64,000 nucleotides of DNA from an uncultured bacterium (GCA_963746775.1 CAVVCK010000001.1:83050-147049); one strand, 5' to 3'. Counted from the first letter of the stretch, positions 9,302 to 19,373 are shown. Made by a program: numbers and translations. The notes: generated from the sequence alone by a model not told the origin.

Positions 9302-9752
9302 TTTTATTTTCTAATTTTTTTAATTCACATTCGAAGTGATAAGCATTTTTAAAATTTTTATACACTGAAGCAAAACGTAAGTAAGCCACTTCATCAATTT
9401 CTTTTAAATAATTTACTACTAAATTTCCTATTTCTCTACTTTCAATTTCATTTTTATCTAAATTTAAAATATCTTGCTCTACATAGTTAACTAACTTTAA
9501 AATATCATTTTCAGAAATAGGCCTCTTTTCACAGGCTTGATTTAAACCTTTTATTATTTTTTCTCTATTATAAGGTTCTTTACTGCCATTTTTCTTGATA
9601 ACTGATAGCTGTAATAATTCTAACTCTTCATGTGTACTAAAACGAAATTTACACTTCAAACATTCCCTTCTGCGCCTAATAATAGCACCGGCATTCGTGG
9701 CCCTAGAATCTATTACCTTTGTTTCATTATATCCGCAAAAAGGACATTTCAT
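9279..9752 (-). CDS. nrdR: Transcriptional repressor NrdR (zinc ribbon plus ATP-cone)
   Basis: 157 aa. MKCPFCGYNETKVIDSRATNAGAIIRRRRECLKCKFRFSTHE is the canonical NrdR N-terminus, followed by an ATP-cone. Overlaps the downstream nrdJ paralogue by 23 bp, so they are one operon. Confidence 0.9.
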   Translation of the reverse strand: MKCPFCGYNETKVIDSRATNAGAIIRRRRECLKCKFRFSTHEELELLQLSVIKKNGSKEPYNREKIIKGLNQACEKRPISENDILKLVNYVEQDILNLDKNEIESREIGNLVVNYLKEIDEVAYLRFASVYKNFKNAYHFECELKKLENKNGKTKEN

Positions 9753-9918
9753 GGGATTATTTTACGTTTTATTTTTAAAATAATACTTATTTATAATTTA
9801 AACTTTTCTCGTATAGCCTATCCCAAATTACCAATTTACAAATTACAATTTTCAAATAAATTACAGTATCCAAACTTCAAATAACCAAAAAACGCTTAGA
9901 ACAATAAAATCTCTAGAA

Positions 9919-9969
9919 TACTATATCTTGTGGTGTATATTTTATTTTAATACTATATATATGGGTGTC
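9919..9969. promoter_or_regulatory. Two candidate NrdR boxes (TA-rich cores ending in GTGT) arranged as direct repeats 32 bp centre-to-centre, upstream of nrdR
   Basis: tACTATATcttgtGGTGTa at 9919-9937 and tACTATATatatGGGTGTc at 9951-9969. The 32-bp spacing matches the usual tandem NrdR-box layout. Similarity to the consensus acaCwAtATaTwGtgt is only partial. Confidence 0.4.
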
Positions 9970-9979
9970 AAATAAATTT

Positions 9980-10006
9980 AAAATAAGGGTTTTTGCCCTT
10001 ATTTTA
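9980..10006 (-). terminator. Hairpin (ataaggg-tttttg-cccttat) with flanking T/A runs; probable terminator downstream of scpB
   Basis: 7-bp stem and 6-nt loop about 80 bp after the scpB stop. T-rich on both sides. Confidence 0.35.
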
Positions 10007-10079
10007 AAATAATAACAACTTTATTGATCAAAATAACTATACGTTGAACAAATAATTAGCTGTGGAAAACTATATAATA

Positions 10080-10616
10080 TTAATCCTGACTTTCAGATTT
10101 AACTAATATTTCTTTACTTAATGTCTCATAATCAGGCAATTCCCTACAGGAGCTAATGCCCAAATGCCTTAAAAATTTAAAAGAAACTTGATATATTGAT
10201 TTTCTTGAATCTTTTTCACTCTTAGCCTTATCAATTAATCCTCTAATCATTAAATTTCTCAAAATATAAATACAATTTACCCCTCTGATTAATTCTATTT
10301 CAGCTCGAGTAATTGGTCCTCGATAAGCAATAATAGCTAAAGTTTCTTGCGCTATTTTCGACAAGTCTTCCTGTAAATCTTCAGTCACTAAACTTTTTAC
10401 AAAACTAGCATAATTTGGATTTGAGACCATTTGTACTGCATCATCTTTAGCTATTAAAATAATTCCTCTCATCTCTTCTTTATATCCATTATTTAAATCA
10501 TTTAGCTCGTCTTTTACTTCTTTGTCAGTCATTTTTGTTATTTGAGCTAACTTTTTTATTTTAATTGGCTTACCCGAAGTAAATACTAGACTTTCTAATA
10601 GATATTTATTGTTCAT
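10080..10616 (-). CDS. scpB: Segregation and condensation protein B
   Basis: 178 aa. LESLVFTSGKPIKIKKLAQI ... AIIAYRGPITRAEIELIRGV is the ScpB winged-helix pattern. Overlaps scpA by 11 bp. Confidence 0.85.
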   Translation of the reverse strand: MNNKYLLESLVFTSGKPIKIKKLAQITKMTDKEVKDELNDLNNGYKEEMRGIILIAKDDAVQMVSNPNYASFVKSLVTEDLQEDLSKIAQETLAIIAYRGPITRAEIELIRGVNCIYILRNLMIRGLIDKAKSEKDSRKSIYQVSFKFLRHLGISSCRELPDYETLSKEILVKSESQD

Positions 10617-11334
10617 TGTTTTTTATTTTATTTTTCTTTTTTAATAAAATATCACCAAATATTTCATTTTGATCAACGTGAACTACTTGTTGCTTTACCA
10701 ATTCCAATAAGGCTAAAAATGAAACAACTGCTTCCATTTTATTTTGTGATTTTTTTATAATGTTTCTAAATTCTAAATTTATTTGTTTTGATATCATTTT
10801 CTGTAAATCAATAATTCTTTCTTTAATTGAAATAGTTTGTTTAACTGTCTTCTTAGCTAAATCCCTAAATTTACTAATGCTTAAAACTATTGATTTCATA
10901 GCCTCATGCATAGAATTTAACTTTAGATTCCTACCTGGTGCAAAAACATCACTTTTTTGCAAACAAAATTCCTGCTCAAAAGAAATTTGCTTATTTTTGT
11001 ATATTTCATCAATCTTTTGTGATTGATCCTTGAATTTCTTATACTCTTTTAACCTAAAAGCTAACTCTTCAGCCGATATTTCTTCCTCATCTTCAATATC
11101 TAAATCAGGAAGCAATGCTCTTGATTTAATTAAAATAAGCTGAGAAGCCATTATTAGAAAATCTGCTAGATTTTCTGCTTCTATTTCCTCTATTTTTTTT
11201 ATATGTTCTAAAAATTGATCTGTAACCTTTTCTAAAGATACCTCCGTAATATCAAGCTTTTCTTTTTCTATTAATTGCAATAAAAGATCAAGGGGACCTT
11301 CAAATTTTTCTATATTTATTTTATATTTATCCAT
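10606..11334 (-). CDS. scpA: Segregation and condensation protein A
   Basis: 242 aa. N-terminal FEGPLDLLLQLIEKEKLDITEVSLEKVTDQFLE is typical of ScpA. Confidence 0.85.
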   Translation of the reverse strand: MDKYKINIEKFEGPLDLLLQLIEKEKLDITEVSLEKVTDQFLEHIKKIEEIEAENLADFLIMASQLILIKSRALLPDLDIEDEEEISAEELAFRLKEYKKFKDQSQKIDEIYKNKQISFEQEFCLQKSDVFAPGRNLKLNSMHEAMKSIVLSISKFRDLAKKTVKQTISIKERIIDLQKMISKQINLEFRNIIKKSQNKMEAVVSFLALLELVKQQVVHVDQNEIFGDILLKKKNKIKNNEQ

Positions 11335-11831
11335 TATTTTGTTTTAGAAAAGCTTCCTTCTATTAATTCTTCGGCTAATTTGTATTGGACTGGTGTAATT
11401 TCTATACTTTCAGTAAAACTACCTGCATTAAGATTAATTTTTTTATTTTTTAATAATAATTTATCTACAAACGTAGGTCTTTTATATAAACTACCAAAAG
11501 GAGTAAGCGCTCCAATTTTTTTAGTAAAATTTTTCTTAATCTGAAGTTCGTTAGCTATGGATAATTTTTTTATTCTCTTTTCCCCTATCTGTATAATATA
11601 TTTGTTCATTACTTTTTTAAGCTTTACAATATCTAATTTTCTATTTCCTGGAATAACTGCCAAAGCAAATTTACTATCACCTTTAACTAATAGTGTTTTA
11701 GCAATAGTTTTAATGTTTATCTTCTGAGTTTGAGCAGCATCATAAGTAGTGTAGACTTTTTTGTGCTCTATTATTTTATATTTTATTTTGTTTTTATCTA
11801 AAAAACTAATTAGTTTCTTCAATGCAGACAT
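11334..11831 (-). CDS. YbaK/ProX-like aminoacyl-tRNA deacylase domain protein
   Basis: 165 aa. Composition and length match YbaK/EbsC deacylases (KTLLVKGDSKFALAVIPGNRKLD ... LNAGS). Family-level call only. Confidence 0.5.
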   Translation of the reverse strand: MSALKKLISFLDKNKIKYKIIEHKKVYTTYDAAQTQKINIKTIAKTLLVKGDSKFALAVIPGNRKLDIVKLKKVMNKYIIQIGEKRIKKLSIANELQIKKNFTKKIGALTPFGSLYKRPTFVDKLLLKNKKINLNAGSFTESIEITPVQYKLAEELIEGSFSKTK

Positions 11832-11991
11832 GGTTTTTTATTTTAATAATCAAACACCAAATTACAATCACTAAATAAACTTCAATAGTCAATTTATAAA
11901 TAATAATTGTTTGAAATTTTGATTATTGGAATTTGTAATTTGTTTGGAAATTGAAAATTGGTTATTGGAAATTTAATACGTCATGAACACT

Positions 11992-13761
11992 CTAAATTTT
12001 ATTTAGCTTTAAGTGTAATTCTTTTAACTGTTTTTCCGTCACTTCACTAGGTGCTCCAGTCATTAGATCCTGGGCTGTTCCACTTAGAGGAAAAGCATAG
12101 ATATCGCGAATACTATTACAATCCCATAAAACCATTAAAAGTCTATCTACTCCAGGAGCTATCCCTCCATGAGGAGGCGCACCAAATTCAAAAGCCTTGA
12201 TCATATGACCGAATTTCTTATCAACATCCTCCTTAGAATAACCAGCGATCTCAAATGCCTTATACATTATCTTTGGATCATGGTTCCTAATTGCTCCCGA
12301 GCTTAATTCATGACCATTACAAATAAAATCGTATTGATATGCTAGTATATCCAATGGATCTTTCTCTTCTAGAGCTTTCAAACCTCCTTGGGGCATAGAA
12401 AAAGGATTATGAGAAAAATCTATTTTACCTTCTTCTATTTCAGAATAATCATACATAGGATAATCATAAATCCAAAGCCAAGCAGCTAGTTTAGGATCTT
12501 TTAAATTTAACTTTTCTCCACATTTTTCTCGAACTACACCCAAAGATGAGCAAGCTACTTTCCATTTATCTGCTCCAAAAAATACAATATCTCCAGTTTT
12601 TGCGCCTGTAATTTTAGTAATTCCATCAATTTCAGATTGACCCATAAACTTTAATATGGGAGATTTTAATTCCTTCTCGTAGACAATATAGGCTAAGCCG
12701 CGAGCTCCTTTGCCTTTGGCTAATTCTGTTAATTCATCAATATCTTTCCTAGAAAATTTAGCTCCATTTGTAACTTTCAGAGCATAAACAACTCCTTTGT
12801 CTTTTAATACATTAGAAAACACTTGGAATTTAGAATCCTTAACCGTGCTAGATATATCTTTTATCTCAAAATCAAACCTTAAATCAGGTTTATCAGAACC
12901 ATAACGAGACATTGCCTCTTTATATGTAATCCTTTTAAAAGGTTTAAACATAACCTTTTTATCAGAAAATTTCTCGGTCAATTCTATCATTAAAGGCTCA
13001 ATCATATTCCAGATATCTTCTTGCTCTACAAAGGACATTTCCATATCAATCTGATAAAAAGATCCTGGATGTCTATCTGCCCTTGGGTCTTCATCACGAA
13101 AGCAAGGTGCTAATTGAAAGTAACGATCTAGCCCCGCTACCATTAAAAGTTGCTTAAACTGTTGTGGAGCCTGTGGAAGCGCGTAAAACTTACCAGGATG
13201 CAATCTAGATGGTACTAAATAATCTCTAGCACCTTCAGGACTAGTATTAGCTAATATAGGAGTTTGAACTTCTATAAAATTATTTTTATGAAAATATTCC
13301 CGTACGTAAGTAAATATTTCATCTTTTTTCTTTAAAATATTTTGATAATACTGATGTCTTAAGTCTAAAAATCTATATTTAAGACGTAAATCTTCTGAAG
13401 CCCTAGTTCTCTTCTTATCATTTATTTCAAAAGGAGTAGTTTTGGCTTTATTTAAAATCACAATTCGGGATGCTTCCACTTCGATCTCTCCTGTTTTTAA
13501 ATCTGGGTTGACCATTTCTTTCGGTCTTAATCTAACTTTTCCTTCAATTTGAACAACAAATTCAGAACGACAGCTATCTGCAACACTAAATACTTCCTTA
13601 TTCTCAGGATTAAAAACTACTTGGGTTAATCCGTATCGATCACGCAAGTCAATAAAAATAAGACCACCATGATCTCTTCGAGAATTCACCCAACCGCAAA
13701 GTATAACTTCTTTATTTTCTCCGGATTTTGTTAATTCTCCGCAAGTATTAGTTCTGAGCAT
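11992..13761 (-). CDS. aspS: Aspartyl-tRNA synthetase
   Basis: 589 aa. Class II motifs: FIEVQTPIL, FRDEDPRADRHPGSFYQIDMEMSF, GAPPHGGIAPGVDRLLM. Confidence 0.95.
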   Translation of the reverse strand: MLRTNTCGELTKSGENKEVILCGWVNSRRDHGGLIFIDLRDRYGLTQVVFNPENKEVFSVADSCRSEFVVQIEGKVRLRPKEMVNPDLKTGEIEVEASRIVILNKAKTTPFEINDKKRTRASEDLRLKYRFLDLRHQYYQNILKKKDEIFTYVREYFHKNNFIEVQTPILANTSPEGARDYLVPSRLHPGKFYALPQAPQQFKQLLMVAGLDRYFQLAPCFRDEDPRADRHPGSFYQIDMEMSFVEQEDIWNMIEPLMIELTEKFSDKKVMFKPFKRITYKEAMSRYGSDKPDLRFDFEIKDISSTVKDSKFQVFSNVLKDKGVVYALKVTNGAKFSRKDIDELTELAKGKGARGLAYIVYEKELKSPILKFMGQSEIDGITKITGAKTGDIVFFGADKWKVACSSLGVVREKCGEKLNLKDPKLAAWLWIYDYPMYDYSEIEEGKIDFSHNPFSMPQGGLKALEEKDPLDILAYQYDFICNGHELSSGAIRNHDPKIMYKAFEIAGYSKEDVDKKFGHMIKAFEFGAPPHGGIAPGVDRLLMVLWDCNSIRDIYAFPLSGTAQDLMTGAPSEVTEKQLKELHLKLNKI

Positions 13762-13831
13762 TATTTATCATTATTCTTATTATTTATTAATTATACTCGA
13801 TTTTTTATTCTAGTCAAAGCCCTAATAATAT

Positions 13832-13862
13832 AAAAAAGCTCTGTCAAAGAGCCTTTTTTTAT
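13832..13862 (-). terminator. Bidirectional rho-independent terminator (gctct-gtcaa-agagc stem, A/T tracts on both sides) after secF
   Basis: aaaaaaGCTCTgtcaaAGAGCcttttttt sits 22 bp downstream of the secF stop. Confidence 0.6.
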
Positions 13863-13883
13863 TACATTATAAATTATAAATTT

Positions 13884-14783
13884 TTACCTTCTTCTCTTCT
13901 CCCAAGCTACCAAGATAGGGCTAGCAATGAAAATAGAAGAATAAGTCCCAGCCACAATTCCAACAATCAAAGCCATCACAAACCATTCTATAGTAGATCC
14001 TCCAAATAAATATAGCGCCAATAAAACCAATAAAGTTGTTGCCGAAGTATTAATAGAGCGAACCATAGTTTCATTCACACTTTTTTCTACTAAATATTCA
14101 AATTCTCCAGTAGTCTTTAGGACATTATATCTGATTCTATCGAAAACAACGATAGTATCATTAACTGAATAACCCAAAACTGTTAATATAGCAATAACAA
14201 ACATACTGTTAACTTCTACACCTAAGAAATGTCCTAATAAAGAAAATACACCTAATACAACCAATACATCATGGAATAAAGCCAGAATAGCTGATACCCC
14301 AAATTTCCAAGAAGAAATTTTACCAGAAACTTTACGAAATACCCAAGCTACATATAAAATAATACAAATAACAACTAAAATTACAGCCGTTACCGCTTTA
14401 CTTTTTAATTCCTTACCAATTGTCGGACCAATAGTCTCGAAACGATTTTCTTCTACTAAATCACTATCATTTTGAATAAACCCTTTCTTTAAAACATCTA
14501 ATATCTCTTGGTGCTTACTCTCATCTATATTTTTTAAACGAATTAAAAAATCTTGTTCTTGTGATTTTTGTACTGTTATATCTCCTAAATCCAGAGGAGT
14601 TAAAATCTCTTTTATTTTCACAACATCAGCTCCAGCATTATTTATTTCAACTTCCATCAACGTTCCACCTGTAAAATCTATCCCTAATTTAAATTGAAAT
14701 AAAACAAGCGAAATAATACTTATAGTTAAAATAAGACTGGATAATATAAACCAAATTTTACGATATTTTATAATTGGCAGCAT
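13884..14783 (-). CDS. secF: Protein translocase subunit SecF
   Basis: 299 aa, 6 TM, conserved FDRIR motif. Directly follows secD. Confidence 0.9.
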   Translation of the reverse strand: MLPIIKYRKIWFILSSLILTISIISLVLFQFKLGIDFTGGTLMEVEINNAGADVVKIKEILTPLDLGDITVQKSQEQDFLIRLKNIDESKHQEILDVLKKGFIQNDSDLVEENRFETIGPTIGKELKSKAVTAVILVVICIILYVAWVFRKVSGKISSWKFGVSAILALFHDVLVVLGVFSLLGHFLGVEVNSMFVIAILTVLGYSVNDTIVVFDRIRYNVLKTTGEFEYLVEKSVNETMVRSINTSATTLLVLLALYLFGGSTIEWFVMALIVGIVAGTYSSIFIASPILVAWEKRRR

Positions 14784-16379
14784 TTATTTAGATTCTAATT
14801 TATTTTTTTTAATTCCTAACAACCATAATCTTTTTTCTAATCCCCGCCTAGCAATAAGTAATAAAAATGTTCTCGTCACCACAATTGCTGAAAACATACT
14901 AACCAAAACCCCGATACCGAGCGTAATAGCAAAGCCTTTTAGAATTCCTACTCCAAACCAAGCCAATATTACACAGGTAATAATAGTAGATATATTTGAA
15001 TCTCTAATAGAAAGCCAGGCGTGCTTGAAGCCTTCCTCTATACTAACTATTAAACTATTTCCTTCATTTAATTCTTCTTTAATTCTCTCAAATATAAGTA
15101 CATTAGCATCCACGGCCATTCCAATAGATAAAATAAAACCAGCAATGCCAGACAAGGTTAGGGTTACAGGTATTAATTTAAATAATGCTAGGATTATTAA
15201 AGCATATATTCCCAAGGCTAGAACTGCTAAAATTCCAGGCAATCTATAGTAAACAATCATAAATAAACATACCAAAGCCAAACCAATGATGCCAGCCATA
15301 AAGCTTTTTTCAACAGAAATTTTACCTAAAGTTGCTCCTATAGTTTGTTGCGATACTAAATTAATTGGTACAGGTAGTGCTCCTGCATTTAATCTACGAG
15401 CAAGTTGTTTTGCTTCATCTATTGTAAAATCTCCAGTAATGACCGCCCTGCCCTCGCCTATCCTCTCATTCACTCTGGGTGTACTAATTGGCTGTCCATC
15501 CAAAAATATTCCTACTGGTTTACCAATGTTTCGCTCAGTTATATCGGCAAACAATTTCTTACCTTCATCATTAAATTCCAAACTTATTATTGGCATACCT
15601 GTACTTGGATCATATTGAAGCTGCGCCTGCTTTAAGTGCTGGCCAGTAAGCTTAGTCATTTTGAATCCAGGATATGCGCCTTCTGTCTTTTGTGCATCTA
15701 ATTGTGCCTGTAATTTTTCCACATCAATCGGATTACCATCTTTATCTACTAATTTAGCATCTTCACCTTCTCCCTGTATTTGTAATTCATCGGTATTTAT
15801 TAAAGGTTCAGATTCATTTTCAACATTCTTATTTTCTTCAATATTTGCTGTGTTTTCTTCTGTAGAATCTACAGGATTAGATTCTCCAGTATTTTCTGTG
15901 ATTACTTGCTCTCCATTTTCACTATTGTTATCAGTTGAACTAATTTCCTTATCAGCCTCTGTATTGGTCGCATCTTCTTCCATCTCTCTAAAATCCAAAG
16001 ATGGCGTTTGTCCTATCATATTAATAGCTTCATTAACATCAGTTACTCCGGCTAATTCTACAATTAAACGCCAATTGCCTTCGGTTTTTACTGTTTGCAC
16101 AATAGGTTCAGATACTCCAATAACATTAACCCTTCGCTCAATTACATCACGCACCCCAGCCATAGCATCCTCATAATTTTCCGGTGCAATATTTGATAAA
16201 TCTGCTTCATAAATTAAATGTACTCCACCTTGTAAATCCAAACCAAGATGAACTTTTAATTCTTTATGATAATCTTGGATTCTGATATCTGGACCCTTAG
16301 GCCAATCAACTAAACCAGTTAGTATTACTAAAATAAGTATACCAAGAAATGTTAACCAAATTTTTTTTCTAATATTCAT
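14784..16379 (-). CDS. secD: Protein translocase subunit SecD, with an acidic low-complexity insertion of about 110 aa in the periplasmic domain
   Basis: 531 aa. SecD TM and periplasmic motifs. The insert EDATNTEADKEISSTDNNSENGEQVITENTGESNPVDSTEENTANIEENKNVENESEPL lies at roughly aa 130-240. Confidence 0.9.
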   Translation of the reverse strand: MNIRKKIWLTFLGILILVILTGLVDWPKGPDIRIQDYHKELKVHLGLDLQGGVHLIYEADLSNIAPENYEDAMAGVRDVIERRVNVIGVSEPIVQTVKTEGNWRLIVELAGVTDVNEAINMIGQTPSLDFREMEEDATNTEADKEISSTDNNSENGEQVITENTGESNPVDSTEENTANIEENKNVENESEPLINTDELQIQGEGEDAKLVDKDGNPIDVEKLQAQLDAQKTEGAYPGFKMTKLTGQHLKQAQLQYDPSTGMPIISLEFNDEGKKLFADITERNIGKPVGIFLDGQPISTPRVNERIGEGRAVITGDFTIDEAKQLARRLNAGALPVPINLVSQQTIGATLGKISVEKSFMAGIIGLALVCLFMIVYYRLPGILAVLALGIYALIILALFKLIPVTLTLSGIAGFILSIGMAVDANVLIFERIKEELNEGNSLIVSIEEGFKHAWLSIRDSNISTIITCVILAWFGVGILKGFAITLGIGVLVSMFSAIVVTRTFLLLIARRGLEKRLWLLGIKKNKLESK

Positions 16380-16468
16380 AATAATTCATTAAAACATTAA
16401 AACACCAGAACTCAAGAACAAAACATTAAATTTTGTTTTAATGTTTTAATATTCTAGTGTTTTTATGA

Positions 16469-17884
16469 TTACGGTCTTATATAAACCGGATCACCAACAT
16501 TTGCCCATCCATATAGCCACTGAGCAAATGGTGTTGGCAGATTAACACAACCATGACTCATTGGATGGCCAAAGTTATGATGCCAATAAGTTCCATGTAG
16601 CGAATAAGCCCCATTAAAATACATTACATAAGGGACATTATCTAAATCATAATTATCAGGATTATCAGGACCATAATCCCATTCCATGTCATCACTAACT
16701 AATTTCGTTCTAATAGTATAATCACCGACTGGCGTAGGATGTCTTGATATCCCGGTAGAAACTAGAGATTCATTTACTTTTCGCCCAGCTTTATAAACTT
16801 CAACTTTTTGTTGAGATAAGCTTACCTCAATATATTTATAAACTCCGGCTCGACCCTCCCAAACTCTCCTTTTTGGCATAGTTATCAGCTCATTAGCGCT
16901 ACTTTTATCTACATTTCCACAGGCCACATTAACACCACCACGAAAATCTTCACTATAAGCCATAAAACTTAAAGTCTTAGCCCTTCCCCAAGCCTCAAAA
17001 GTTCTTATTTGCGGACCATAACCATTAGAACCTACCGCTACTTCATCTTCTCCATCTCGATCAATATCACAAGAGGCAATATTTATTCCTTCTTTATGTC
17101 CTTCATCAAAAGCATAAAAATCACCTATTACTCTTTTAGATAAATCTGTTTTATATACTTTTATTTCTGATTTACCAAAAGCAGCTTTAGATACAATAAT
17201 TTCTGATTCTGGGCCACCATCAACATTACCAACTGCAACATTAACACCACCTCTGTAATCTTCTTCAAATGGAAAATAACTTAAACCTGTAAAATTACCT
17301 TTGCCATCATAAACTCTGACATGCGAAGTAGAGTTCATTCCCGAACCAGTAATAATTTCATTTTTACCGTCTCCATTAATATCTCCGGCAGCTACATTGA
17401 CTCCACCTTCAAAATTAGATTCATAAGCTAAAAAATTAGCTAATACTTTTTTGGAAGCATCAGCTTTATAAACTTTAACCCAAGCTTGCCCCTCTGAAGC
17501 TTGAGACATTATAACTTCATCTTTGCCATCACCATCTACATCACCAGCGGCTACGTTAACCCCACCGCGATAATCAGGATGAAAAGGAAACATACTAAAA
17601 CCGGTAAAATTTCCTAAATTATCAAAAACTCTAACTTGAGGTCCACCACCTCGACCCGCACCTACAATTATTTCATCAATACCATCACCATTAATATCAC
17701 CAGTAGCTACACTGCCTCCGCCTTTAAAAGCTGGATCAAAAGCATTAAAATTCTTATCTAAATGCTGATTATCAGTATTAAACACCTTTATTTCCGGAGC
17801 CATATATTCGGCAGCATATGTTATAGGAATTGCTACCAAAAACAAACAAACACTAAAAATTAAAACATAAAGTGATGTTTTCAT
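16469..17884 (-). CDS. Secreted FG-GAP-repeat (integrin-alpha-like beta-propeller) protein fused to a C-terminal L,D-transpeptidase (YkuD) catalytic domain
   Basis: 471 aa. Signal peptide. Repeated GDINGDGIDEIIVGAG / GDVDGDGKDEVI / GDINGDGKNEII / CDIDRDGEDEVAVGS FG-GAP calcium-binding loops. C-terminal HGTYWHHNFGHPMSHGCVNL is the L,D-transpeptidase His/Cys catalytic signature. Confidence 0.75.
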   Translation of the reverse strand: MKTSLYVLIFSVCLFLVAIPITYAAEYMAPEIKVFNTDNQHLDKNFNAFDPAFKGGGSVATGDINGDGIDEIIVGAGRGGGPQVRVFDNLGNFTGFSMFPFHPDYRGGVNVAAGDVDGDGKDEVIMSQASEGQAWVKVYKADASKKVLANFLAYESNFEGGVNVAAGDINGDGKNEIITGSGMNSTSHVRVYDGKGNFTGLSYFPFEEDYRGGVNVAVGNVDGGPESEIIVSKAAFGKSEIKVYKTDLSKRVIGDFYAFDEGHKEGINIASCDIDRDGEDEVAVGSNGYGPQIRTFEAWGRAKTLSFMAYSEDFRGGVNVACGNVDKSSANELITMPKRRVWEGRAGVYKYIEVSLSQQKVEVYKAGRKVNESLVSTGISRHPTPVGDYTIRTKLVSDDMEWDYGPDNPDNYDLDNVPYVMYFNGAYSLHGTYWHHNFGHPMSHGCVNLPTPFAQWLYGWANVGDPVYIRP

Positions 17885-17954
17885 ATTTCTTATTTTTTAT
17901 TTTATAATTTTCGCTTATATTATAGATAATATTTATTTTTAGGTCAAAGGATTT

Positions 17955-19367
17955 TTAGTCTATAATAGTAAAATCTATTTTTTTCTTTTTTAGATATAAA
18001 TTTATTTCTTTTTTAAGTCTTTCTTTACTTTTAGTACTTCTTATTTCAACAGTAAAATAATTCTTAGAGATAGCACTACAAACGTCTTCTTGCATATTTT
18101 TAGTAATAATTCCAGCTCCTACTGTATTATTACTTATCTCATCAATTAAGATAAAACTTCCTGTATTTCTATTATCTTTATATAAATCAAACATTAACAT
18201 ACTAATAGCTTTAATTTTCAATCTACCAATTTCATTCATTTTCAACTGATCAGTTTTCTTTCGATGAAAAGTATTAATATCAATTAGATAATCCAAAGAA
18301 TTAATATGACATCTAGTAGTTTTACTAGTATGTTTTAAAAGATAACTCTTTTTAGTTTTTAAAGGCTCGTCACTAAACCAACAAACCATTGTTTCAAAAT
18401 TATTATTAATCCTAGGGCGATTATTAACTCGGACAATCATATCACCACGACTCATATCAACTTGGTCTTCTAAAGTAATAGTTATTGATTGGGGACAAAA
18501 TGCTTCCTCTTGCTTTTTGTCATTATAATATATATCTTTTATTTTTGTTTTTTGACAGGAAGGAAGTAAGATAACTTCTTCTCCAGATTTAATTATCCCT
18601 CCCTCTATAATCCCAGCATAACCACGAATTCCTTTGATAGGTTCTGTAACATATTGGATAGGAAATCTAAAATCAATCATGTTTCGATCAGAATTTATTT
18701 GAATATTTTCCAAATAATCATAAAGAGTGCGGCCATCATACCAATTCATTTTCTTGCCTCTATTTACCACCATGTCTCCTTTCAAAGCTGACATGGGTAT
18801 GAATTGAATATCGGGCAACTTTAACCGGGAAGAGAACTTTTCTACTTCTTCTATTACTTCATAAAATCTTTTTTCTTTAAACTTTACCAAATCCATTTTA
18901 TTGATTGCTACCAAAATATGAGGTATGCCCAAAAGAGAAGCTATAAATAAATGCCTTTTTGTTTGACACAAAATTCCCTTACTAGCATCAACTAAAACAA
19001 TAGCTAGATTAGCATTGGAAGCGCCAGTTATCATATTGCGCGTATACTGCTCATGACCAGGCACATCAGCAATCACAAATCTTCTAGACTTCGTAGCAAA
19101 GTATCTATAAGCTACATCAATGGTAATTTTTTGCTCCCGCTCCGAAGCTAACCCATCGGTCAAAAGAGAAAGGTCAATATTTTTATCTCCTCGCGATTCA
19201 CTAGTTTTCTTTATGGATAAAAGTTGGTCCTCATAAATATCATTGCAATCAAAAAGCATACGACCCAATAAGGTTGATTTACCATCATCTACACTGCCAG
19301 CAATTACTAACTTGATTAATTCTGTGTCTTTAATTTTTTTTAAATCAAATTTTCTATTGGCCATCAT
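17955..19367 (-). CDS. cysN: Sulfate adenylyltransferase subunit 1 (GTPase), CysN/NodQ-like. No fused APS-kinase domain.
   Basis: 470 aa. G-domain motifs AGSVDDGKST, DVPGHEQY, NKMD, then the EF-Tu-like beta-barrel domains. Confidence 0.85.
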   Translation of the reverse strand: MMANRKFDLKKIKDTELIKLVIAGSVDDGKSTLLGRMLFDCNDIYEDQLLSIKKTSESRGDKNIDLSLLTDGLASEREQKITIDVAYRYFATKSRRFVIADVPGHEQYTRNMITGASNANLAIVLVDASKGILCQTKRHLFIASLLGIPHILVAINKMDLVKFKEKRFYEVIEEVEKFSSRLKLPDIQFIPMSALKGDMVVNRGKKMNWYDGRTLYDYLENIQINSDRNMIDFRFPIQYVTEPIKGIRGYAGIIEGGIIKSGEEVILLPSCQKTKIKDIYYNDKKQEEAFCPQSITITLEDQVDMSRGDMIVRVNNRPRINNNFETMVCWFSDEPLKTKKSYLLKHTSKTTRCHINSLDYLIDINTFHRKKTDQLKMNEIGRLKIKAISMLMFDLYKDNRNTGSFILIDEISNNTVGAGIITKNMQEDVCSAISKNYFTVEIRSTKSKERLKKEINLYLKKKKIDFTIID

Positions 19368-19373
19368 TTTATT

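Noticed and set aside
16380-16468. AT-only palindrome (aaaacattaaa ... tttaatgtttt) between secD and the FG-GAP gene as a terminator
   Set aside because: The stem is entirely A/T, so predicted stability is too low to call confidently.
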